A DNA stretch of 64,000 nt, taken from the NCBI GenBank assembly GCA_051294375.1, contig CM119265.1, positions 3,096,254-3,160,253 on the forward strand, read 5' to 3'. The stretch comes from Paraspadella gotoi (lineage: Eukaryota > Animalia > Chaetognatha). This document shows positions 53,892 to 64,000 of the stretch, piece after piece; position 1 is the stretch's first letter, and each line of letters starts with the position of its first letter. Under the pieces are notes generated by a model. That model was not told the origin of the DNA. It made no database searches and saw only the letters and a list, made by a program, of their open reading frames with translations. A program made the translations under genes and the position numbers.

Positions 53892-55415
53892 TTATATCAA
53901 TATGGGCAGATTTTGAAAGTGTGGCGTCTTGGGAAGCCAACGGAGGTAAGAGCGCGGGGGTAAATTTAGAGGTTTTATTATCAATTTGGACCAAATTGAA
54001 GGGAAGTCAGTTTTTTCACGCTCAAAGCTTTTTAAGTACTTACCTGTCTATATTGAAAACTGTGGACGTAGGTTATCCAACGAGGACTTCAATTAAAAAT
54101 AATCATTGATCATGCGCGATCCGGGCCAGATAAAAACCGACATTTCAACAAGGCTTTACCGTATTTTCCTGCGACTCATGCGTGAATCGCCGGCGACATC
54201 GCTATTAGAATGAACTACAACTTAAGTGAAACATTTATGGTTAAAAACAATTTATAGTTAATCCTAAGGGTTAATTTAAATTAGAGAACTCTATGTTTTT
54301 ACCTCGTTCCGCCTTTCATATAAGTTTATCTCTTACTTTTATTAATTTTATTTATTGCATAAATTTATCAAAATAATATAATCACTATCTTTTAATTATA
54401 GTTTTATTGCTATCATAGTCATTCATTCGAAAATGATGAACTAATTAACAATCTTGAATTGACAATTATATATTAAAATAATTATATTTTGCATGATTGT
54501 TTAATGTTTAATTTCGGATTTTGTTTACTAAGTAGAGTTTTTATTTTGATTAAACAACGGTTTAATTATAACGGTCATGTTTCGGTTCTTGTTTGAACCT
54601 TCACACAGCGCAAATTATTTATAAAGTGACAATTTTTGAGAGAGTAGTTAATGAGAGAGAGAGACGGGGATATATATATATAGAGAGAGAGAGAGAGACA
54701 GAGAGAGAGAGACAAGAGAACCCATAATATGGAGCCCATGGCCTTCTTCCCGCTTCCGCCAAACGCCGCTACATCTCAATATTTTCAAGTCTTTCCTCTT
54801 TTTTTAGCCTCCGGCCGTCGATTCGATGGTAGAAGCGGAAATCTGGATGAAGTGAAAGCGGAAATGGATGCGTAGAAGGTGCGAAGAAGAATATGATGAG
54901 TGGAAAGTGGAAATATCGACAAGTGGAAGAAGAACAAGAAGAGGTGGAATTCAAAAACCTTGAAAAGCTAGAATTCAGGGAGAGCAAGGGACGAAAGCGA
55001 AATTGTCAAGCTAATTAAGTAGTCAAAACTTATATATGAAGTGTACTTAAAAGCCAAAGATTAAATCTTTAACGGACGACTCGAAAAAAAACAAACTTTT
55101 GGTGAGAAAGACATACACAGCCAGGGTGCCTCCGTCCAATCCGTGTCATCCGTTGCCATCGGATAAAGAATAACCTAAGCAAAACACGCTTTCAAATCAG
55201 ATCGGCATAAATTCAGCCGATAATCTGGCGTTTTTAAAAAACCCCGGAGGGAGAAGCGCGGAGTCGTCAGTGAGAAAAATAGAAAAGAGGTTGAGACTTT
55301 TCAAAACGAGATCGGGTCTTGATTGGGCACGCCCAATCTTGTTTTTTATGTCGGCGACGCATCTCCGTTTAAAGCGAGGACAAAGCAAAGAGGAAGGGGT
55401 GAAGAGTTAGGGGTG

Positions 55416-55472
<57 letters not shown>

Positions 55473-57987
55473 TGAGAGAGAGAGAGAGATAAGCCATTAT
55501 GAGGAATCAGAACGGGAAGGAAAGCAACGCTTGGTTCTGCTCTTAAAATATTTTTGTCGCTGTAATCCTTTTTAAATGATTAATTTCTACTCGTATAGAC
55601 GTAATTAAAAAGATCCCAACCTAACAAATCTTTTGGATTTCGAATTCTATATCATATTCTCGATTCAAAAACAGAGTTTATTTCATCAAATTTCTAAATG
55701 AATTTTTTCAAATTTACGTTAGCCCAAACTCCTATTTTAACCTCTTGTCCTCTTTGAACAACTGGACCTGGGTCTAATTGGGTGGACCCATCAACATAAT
55801 TGCGAGAATCTTTCCCACATCCCGTGACAAAATGGATCCCTGTGCAAATCAAAAAGAGGAACGGGATGATTCCAGAGAAATCGGCCGGTTTTCCCAAAGC
55901 GCCATATTTTTTTATATTCCAGAATTAAATTAATTTTTTAAATTAAAGATTAAGGTCTAAGGGATTAGAATTAACTATGATTAGTTAAAATATGGTTAGG
56001 GATTAGGATTTAAGTTAGGGTTAAGATCAGGTTATGGGATAGAGGTTAGGGTAAGCTATTTGGGTTAGGGCATTAGGTTACCGGTTTAATAATAATTATG
56101 GCTAAATATTAAATTTAACCAAAAACAAGTTGGAGCAAACCATGTTGGATCTGCCCACGAATCATTAGCGTGTAATTAATAATTAATTAGGCATAAAATT
56201 CAATCCAATCGCTCATCCACTGATTTGGTTAATTGGCGTTCAAATAGTGAAAACTCGATTTTTTGCTTCTTTTTCATTTAAACCCATTTCCACTTGCACG
56301 ATTCCATCGAAACTTCACATCCAGCTCAAGTAACACAGCTCCCTACCTACACAGTACACAAAAATGTTCCATTTCCCAATCCATTCCATCCAATCACGAA
56401 TTAATTGGAGTTTTTTTGCTTCAGGTGGGACGGAACGGGACAGACAGCTAGACAGACAGACACGACAGACAACAGGACAGGACAGACGGAACGGACAACG
56501 GACATAATTTTTTTGCATAATTTAATCATAAATCGACATGTTTCGACATGATATAAAGAGAATGCTCGACAAGATTGAGGGGGACGGACCGACGGACCGA
56601 CAAAGTGATAAGCAGATCCCACTTAAAAATTTTTAGTTTTCAGAATAAGGATTTTATTTTTATAATGCGTACAGCGTCTTCGATAAAGACTAAAAATTTA
56701 CCAGAGTCGAAAATATGACGATGAAATAAAATATTAGTTTGGAACAGTCTACCACATTGAAACGTTATTTTCAAAAGAGAACACTTACCCGGTAAACATT
56801 CCTCGCTTCCGCGGACCGCTGCACTGCGGGAGGCACTCTAGTCCGGAGCAGCATCTCGAGTGGGAGGAGGCTCGAGATTGTCAACTGCCGCGGAGACCAA
56901 CGCACCCCGGTTGTCCTGGCGAATAGAGCGGACATGAAAGAAGTCTAAAACGTCGATTGTAACTTCCGACAATGTTTCTGAGTTTGTGCTTAGTAAGCCT
57001 AAGCCTAGAGCCTAAGCACTGCTTACCCCTCTTCCATATTTCTTCGACCCCGAAATCACGAGACCGCTCAAATTGCCCGAGACACACATTTATAAACAAA
57101 CGCATTTTGGAGGCAAAAATAAAGAGAGTAAAAAAAAAAAAAAAAAAACAAATAAAAAAAAATATCTAAAACGAAAATTAAAATTCTTCTACAGCTAAAT
57201 GTCTTTGTTTATTCCTGCTGATATTTTAGTTTGTTTTTGTTGCGAAGCAAACTCGTTCGATGAGTGTACTCCGCGAGTACTCCAGATGGGACATGCTTTT
57301 GGAATCCCTCATAACACGAGATTCATCATTTCCTGGCATACAAACAAATAGGGATTCAATTTTGAATTAATAGAGCAATAAATATAATATAATATTAATA
57401 CAGTATAAAAATATCTTCTTTGTAATTGACACTTCTTCTGTGTCTGTTTTAAAGGGTTGGTGACTGACTGATCAAACTAAAATGCTTGGTGATTATCTGA
57501 GTAAAGAAAAATTAGCTACTAGCATTTGGATTTTGTATGTGAAAAAAAAAGAGAAAATTGCAAAGAATGGGAGGAATAAGATAAAAATAAGGAAGAAATT
57601 AAAAAAAAGTAAAAGAGAAAGAAGAGGAAAAGAAGAGCAAATATGGAAAATTAAAGAAGACCAAGGAGAGTATGAAATTAAAAGAAGTTAGAATAAAGGA
57701 AAAATAGTATTAAAAATAGATGATGTAATTAATTTTTTGTTGAAACGGATTTCCTAAATGATCACGTGACTTTTTCATTTCAGCTTTCCCCCTCACCCTT
57801 TTAGCGTATCCCTGCTTTCTCCGCAGAGCCGTACCCGTGCAGCGCAAGCGTCGGCTGCGTCGGCGGACCGACAATCGTATCTGACAGGACACTTTCCGCT
57901 GTCGAAAAGCGAATCGAAAACTGGGAGTCAACGACTATGGACGACGACACGAGGAGGGGCGTTCTGGACCGACGTCACACCATCCAT
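53892..57987 (-). CDS. Cys-rich protein with hevein-like and knottin(ICK)-like modules, copy 1 (indel-ridden; 3' exons uncertain)
   Basis: Exons ~57797-57987 and ~56789-56915 match the cleaner copy at 62 kb. Further candidate GT-AG exons lie near 55741-55849, 55240-55363, 55115-55174, 54722-54842 and 53892-54202. Confidence 0.5.
55882..56120. mobile_element. Truncated copy of the telomere-core MITE (duplicate at ~61207-61445)
   Basis: Left end CGGCCGGTTTTCCCAAAGCGCC followed by a GGTTAGGG-rich core; directly abuts the HINE-like element. Confidence 0.55.
56124..56625 (+). mobile_element. Helentron-associated/DINE-1-like non-autonomous element (duplicate at ~61446-61931)
   Basis: Begins AACAAG; subterminal inverted repeat GGATCTGC (56147-56154) / GCAGATCC (56612-56619); internal (GACA/GACG)n microsatellite; ends in an A-run. 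Confidence 0.6.
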
Positions 57988-58798
57988 CCACACTGCTGGA
58001 CTAACGACTTTCGACTTCCCTCTGCGTTTTGTGCAAAGCGAGACCGTCCCTAGGTATTAGCGCCAGTGAACTGGCATGCGTAACTGCAGGGTCGGAAAGC
58101 CCCCCAAAGCCAACAGTGAGATGCATCACAGGCAACCCGCTGTTTGCCATGGTTAGAAATAAAGCTGCAGACATTAAGTTTTAATATATAATGAAACTAG
58201 AAGAAAATAAATAATGTCACTTTTTTTCCGATTTTCGTTCGAAAGAATTTAAATATCCCATCATTTCATTCGCTTCAAGATCCGCTCGGTCACGGGTCAT
58301 GGGTCAGAACGACTACAGAGCCGGCTGGCTTTGTGCGTCTAATGTTGTTTATCAACGGACTGACCGACTGACGCGTTTTCTCAATTTCGAACGGAATCTA
58401 CGTTTCGTCACGGAAGAACCGGATTTCGCGTGACAGGATTTCGACGAGCGAATAATCTCATATTAATATCGCTAATAAATCAACGGATAAACAAACCCTC
58501 AAGGTCAAGAAAGGGGACGAGGAAAGATATAATCACGAAAAATCATCACATGCCAACGTGATTTGTGAATGCTCGTCGGTGAAATAACGCCGAGAACATA
58601 AGTCGTGACCCTTTAAATAATAAATTTCACAGTCTGGTGAATAAAAAATTCTTGTCTGGAGATCTCTCTCTTTTTCTTTACATTCTTATAAAGCTTCGAG
58701 ATATACATAGTTTCAAGCTATAGTTCGGTCGAAGTTCCGATCAAGATTTCTTTATATTTCACTTTTATTCAAAACTGCATAGTCACGGCTCCAACAAA

Positions 58799-61723
58799 TT
58801 ATATCAATATGGGCAGATTTTGAAAGTGTGGCGTCTTGGGAAGCCAACGGAGGTAGAGCGCGGGGGTAAATTTAGAGGTTTTATATCAAATTTGGACCAA
58901 ATTGAAGGGAAGTCAGTTTTTTCACGCTCAAAGCTTTTTTAAGTACTTACCTGTCTATATTGAAAACTGTGGACGTAGGTTATCCAACGAGGACTTCAAT
59001 TAAAAATAATCATTGATCATGCGCGATCCGGGCCAGATAAAAACCACATTTCAACAAGGCTTTACCGTATTTTCCTGCGACTCATGCGTGAATCGCCGGC
59101 GACATCGCTATTAGAATGAACTACAACTTAAGTGAAACATTTATGGTTAAAAACAATTTATAGTTAATCCTAAGGGTTAATTTAAATTAGAGAACTCTAT
59201 GTTTTTACCTCGTTCCGCCTTTCATATAAGTTTATCTCTTACTTTTATTAATTTTATTTATTGCATAAATTTATCAAAATAATATAATCACTATCTTTTA
59301 ATTATAGTTTTATTGCTATCATAGTCATCATTCGAAAATGATGAACTAATTAACAATCTTGAATTGACAATTATATATTAAAATTATTATATTTTGCATG
59401 ATTGTTTAATGTTTAATTTCGGATTTTGTTTACTAAGTAGAGTTTTTATTTTGATTAAACAACGGTTTAATTTATAACGGTCATGTTTCGGTTCTTGTTT
59501 GAACCTTCACCAGCGCAAATTATTTATAAAGTGACAATTTTGAGAGTAAGTTAATGAGAGAGAGAGACGGGGATATATATATATAGAGAGAGAGAGAGAG
59601 ACAGAGAGAGAGAGACAGAGAACCCATAATATGGAGCCCATGGCCTTCTTCCGCTTCCGCCAAACGCCGTACATCTCAATATTTTCAAGTCTTTCCTCTT
59701 TTTTTAGCCTCCGGCCGTCGATTCGATGGTAGAAGCGGAATCTGGATGAAGTGNNNNNNNNNNNNNNNNNNNNNNNNNNNNNNNNNNNNNNNNNNNNNNN
59801 NNNNNNNNNNNNNNNNNNNNNNNNNNNNNNNNNNNNNNNNNNNNNNNNNNNNNNNNNNNNNNNNNNNNNNNNNNNNNNNNNNNNNNNNNNNNNNNNNNNN
59901 NNNNNNNNNNNNNNNNNNNNNNNNNNNNNNNNNNNNNNNNNNNNNNNNNNNNNNNNNNNNNNNNNNNNNNNNNNNNNNNNNNNNNNNNNNNNNNNNNNNN
60001 NNNNNNNNNNNNNNNNNNNNNNNNNNNNNNNNNNNNNNNNNNNNNNNNNNNNNNNNNNNNNNNNNNNNNNNNNNNNNNNNNNNNNNNNNNNNNNNNNNNN
60101 NNNNNNNNNNNNNNNNNNNNNNTGAAAAGCAGAATTCAGGGAGAGCAAATGGGACGAAAGGCGAAATTGTCAAGCTAATTAAGTAGTCAAAACTTATTAT
60201 TATGAGTTACTTTAAAAGCCAAAGATTAAAATCTAAACGGACGACGAAAAAAAACAAACTTTGGCTGAGAAAGACGATACCGCCAGGTGCCATCCGTGCC
60301 ATCCGTGTCATCCGTGCCATCGGATAAAGAATAACCTAAGCAAAACACGCTTTCATCAGATCGCATAAATTCAGCCAAATCTGGCGTTTTAAAAAAACCC
60401 CGAGGGAGAAGCGCGGAGTCGTCAGTGAGAAAAATAGAAAAGAGTTGGAGACTTTCAAAACGAGATCGGGTCTTGATATGGGCACCGCCATCTTTGTTTT
60501 TTATGTCGGCGACGCATCTCCGNNNNNNNNNNNNNNNNNNNNNNNNNNNNNNNNNNNNNNNNNNNNNNNNNNNNNNNNNNNNNNNNNNNNNNNNNNNNNN
60601 NNNNNNNNNNNNNNNNNNNNNNNNNNNNNNNNNNNNNNNNNNNNNNNNNNNNNNNNNNNNNNNNNNNNNNNNNNNNNNNNNNNNNNNNNNNNNNNNNNNN
60701 NNNNNNNNNNNNNNNNNNNNNNNNNNNNNNNNNNNNNNNNNNNNNNNNNNNNNNNNNNNNNNNNNNNNNNNNNNNNNNNNNNNNNNNNNNNNNNNNNNNN
60801 NNNNNNNNNNNNGAGAGAGAGAGAGAGAGAGAGAGATAAGCCATATGAGGAATCAGAACGGGAAGAAAGAACGCTTGGTTCTGCTCTTAAATTTTTTGTC
60901 GCTGTAATCCTTTTTAAATGATTAATTTCTATCGTATAGACGAATTTAAAAGATCCCAACTCACAAATCTTTTTGGATTTCGAATTCTATATCATTCTCG
61001 ATTCAAAAACAGAGTTTATTTCATCAAATTTCTAAGTAAATTTTTCAAATTTAGTTAGCTCCAAACTCTATTTAACCTCTTGTCCCTTTGAACCCTGACC
61101 TGGGTCTAATTGGGTGGACCATCAACATATGCGAGATCTTTCCACATTCCGTACAAAATGGATCCCCTGTGCAAATCAAAAGAGACGGGATGATTCCCAG
61201 AGAAATCGGCCGGGTTTTCCCAAAGCGCCATATTTTATTTTAAATCCAGAATTAAATTAATTTTTAAATTTAAAGATTAGGCTAAGGATTAGAATTAACT
61301 ATTGAGTTAGTAAATATGGTTAGGGATTAGGATTTAAGATTAGGGTTAAGATCAGGTTAGGGATAGAGGTTAGGGTAAGCTATTTGGGTTAGGCATTAGG
61401 TTACCGGTTTAATAATAATTATGGGCTAAATATTAAATTTAACAAAACAAGTTGGAGCAAACTTCACGATCATTAGCGGTAATTAATTAATTAATTAGGC
61501 AAAATTTCAAGTCAATCGCCCCATCCACTGATTGGTAATTGGCGTTCAAATAATGAAATCGATTTTTTTGGTTTTTTTTCCATTTAAACTCATTTCCACT
61601 TGCCCGATTCCATCGAAACTTCACATCCAGCTCAATAACACACTTTCCTACCTACACACAAAATTTCATTCCAATCCATCCATCCAATCACGAATAATTG
61701 GAGTTTTTTGCTCAGGTGGGACG

Positions 61724-61798
<75 letters not shown>

Positions 61799-62787
61799 GG
61801 ACGGACGAACGGACATAATTTGTTTGCATAATTTATCACAATTCGATGTTTCGACATGATATAAGAGAATGCTCGACAAGATTGAGGGGGACGGACCGAC
61901 GGACCGACAAAGTGATAAGCAGATCCCACTAAAAATTATTTAGTTTTCAAATAATGATTTTATTTTTAATAATCGTACACGTTTCGATAAAGACTAAAAA
62001 TTTACAGAGTCGAAATATGACGATGAAATAAAATATAGTTTGGAACAGTCTACCACATTGAATGTTATTTTCAAAATGAGACACTTACCCCGGTAAACAT
62101 TCCTCGCTTCCGCGACCGCTGACTGTCGGGAGGCACTCTAGTCCGGAGCAGCATCTCGAGTGGGAGCCGAGGTCGGAGTTGCACCTGCCGCGGAGACCAA
62201 CGCACCCGGCGTCCTGGCGAGAGAGGGACATGAAGGAAGTGTAACGTCAAGTAACTTCGACAATGTTCTGAGTTGTGCTTAGTGAGCCTAAGCCTAAGCA
62301 NNNNNNNNNNTCATGTAACTTCGACAATGTTCTGAGTTGTGCTTAGTAAGCCTAAGCCTAAGCCTAAGCANNNNNNNNNNTGGGAGGAATAAGATAAAAA
62401 GAAGGAAGAAATTAAAAAAAAGTAAAAGAGAAAAGAAGAGGAAAAGAAGAGAAATATGGAAAATAAAGAAGACAAGGAGAGTATGAAATAAAAAGAGTTA
62501 GAATAAAGGAAAATAGTATTAAAATAGATGATGTAATTATTTTTTGTGAACGGATTTCCTAATGATCACGTGACTTTTTTCACTCAGCTTTCCCCCTCAC
62601 CTTTAGCGTATTCCCTGCTTTCTCCGCAGTAGCCGTACCGGCTGCAGCGCAGCGTCGGCTGCGTCGGCGACCGACAATCGTAGTCTGACAGACACTTTCC
62701 GCTGTCGAAAGGATCGAACTGGGAGTCAACGACTATGACGACGACCACGAGGAGGGGCGTTCTGGACCCGACGGTCACACCATCCAT
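58799..62787 (-). CDS. Cys-rich protein with hevein-like and knottin(ICK)-like modules, copy 2
   Basis: Exon 62601-62787 reads MDGVTVGSRTPLLVVVVIVVDSQFDPFDSGKCLSDYDCRSPTQPTLRCSRYGYCGESREYAK. Exon 62089-62213 reads CVGLRGRCNSDLGSHSRCCSGLECLPTVSGRGSEECLP after one indel correction. Downstream exons are uncertain. Confidence 0.6.
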
Positions 62788-64000
62788 CCACACTGTGGAC
62801 TAACGACTAACGACTTCCCTCTGCGTTGGCAAAGCGAGACCGTCCTAGGGTATTCGCGCCAGTGACTGGATGCGTAACTGAGGGTCGGAAGCCCCCAAAG
62901 CCAACAGTGAGATGCATCACAGGCAACCCGGCTGTTGCCATGGTTAGACAATAACGCTGAGACATAAGTTTTAATATATAATGAAATAGAGAAAATAAAA
63001 ATGTCACTTTTTTCCGATTTTCGTTCGAAGAATTAAATATCCCATCATTCATTCGCTCAGTCGCTCCGGTCACGGGTCATGGGTCAGAACGACTACAGAG
63101 CGTGGCTTGTGGTCTAGTTGTGATCAACGACTGACCGACTGACGCGTCTCAATTTCGAACGGAATCTACGTTCGTCACGGGAAGAACCTGTTTCGCGGTG
63201 ACAGGATTTCGACGAGCGAATAATCTCATTTGAATATCGTAATAAATCAACGGATAAACAAACCCTAAGGTCAAGAAAGGGACGAGGAAAAGATATAATC
63301 ACGAAAAATCATCACAGCAAACGTGATTTGTGAATGCTCGTCGGTGAAATAACGCGTGACCCTTTTAAATAATAAATTTCACAGTCTGTGAATAAAAAAT
63401 TCTTGTCTGGAGTGAGGTCTCGTCTGATCCAAATCTTAACCAGTCATTCTGACCTGAATTAATGATTGGCTGAAAATTGTTTTGATGATAAATTATAATG
63501 AATAATCATTCTACCATAAAAATTGGCAACTAATACAGATGTTGATATTTGATAATAAATATTCGGTTTTTCGTAAACAAAAGAGAACTAATGAATTTGG
63601 AAGAATCAAGTCTCTATCTTATTCAACAGCACTCTCTTCTAATAGTGTTCATTTCAATAACTAGCGCTCGTTAATTCCCTAGCGGAAAGAAATAAAATTT
63701 TCTTAAAAGTAGACAACTGAACACAGTCGATTTGTCTGAAGATTCTGAGCGTCCGATAATGGAGCTAACTTTCATCAAACAAGTTTCGTAAATGAAATTG
63801 ATACAACTAATATATAAATCATTGACTCTTTCAGTCTTGCCCCTGACTTAGGCCATAATGGGTTATGGCCTCCATCCCTCTTACAAGATAATTACATAGC
63901 AAAAGCCTGCAAGCCTTCAATCAGGACCCTCTCGGTAACCTAGTTTAATAAAGTAATTAAAGCCTTTATTTTTCGACTGGGAGTCGATATGACAAAAAAC

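Larger units (their letters stand above)
53771..63412 (+). repeat. Tandem ~4.8-kb duplication (53771-58661 vs 58676-63412) covering the Cys-rich gene
   Basis: Both copies begin CTTTACATTCTTATAAAGCTTCGAG and end AAAAAATTCTTGTCTGGAG; differences are mostly indels. Confidence 0.9.

Noticed and set aside
59507-60959. Long ORFs in the ORF track
   Set aside because: They consist mostly of N-gap translations.

Overview
Eukaryotic genomic DNA, probably from an invertebrate animal. It has short GC/CpG-rich exons in AT-rich introns packed with (CT)n/(AATC)n microsatellites, so the six-frame ORF track is mostly noise and genes were spliced by hand. Five multi-exon gene models were rebuilt from GT-AG sites and intron phases: (1) a 16-exon Ig-superfamily membrane protein (+, 42-17691); (2) an intact 8-exon, 371-aa class A peptide-type GPCR (-, 3589-8426) nested antisense inside an intron of gene 1; (3) a ~14-exon type I receptor (-, 19279-38389) with signal peptide, discoidin-like domain, two sushi modules, an RPTP/SUSD1-like juxtamembrane domain, TM helix and Pro/Tyr repeat tail, carrying four tRNA genes in intron 2; (4) a secreted degenerate-TSP1 + vWA protein (+, 40214-50870/53254); (5) a Cys-rich protein with hevein-like and knottin-like modules (-, two copies). 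From ~21.9 kb onward five segments are duplicated in tandem with heavy indel noise, most likely assembly artefacts (uncollapsed haplotype or raw long reads). One duplicate carries a ~3-kb foldback TA-site DNA transposon whose empty site is visible in the other copy. All calls were made by eye; no searches were run.
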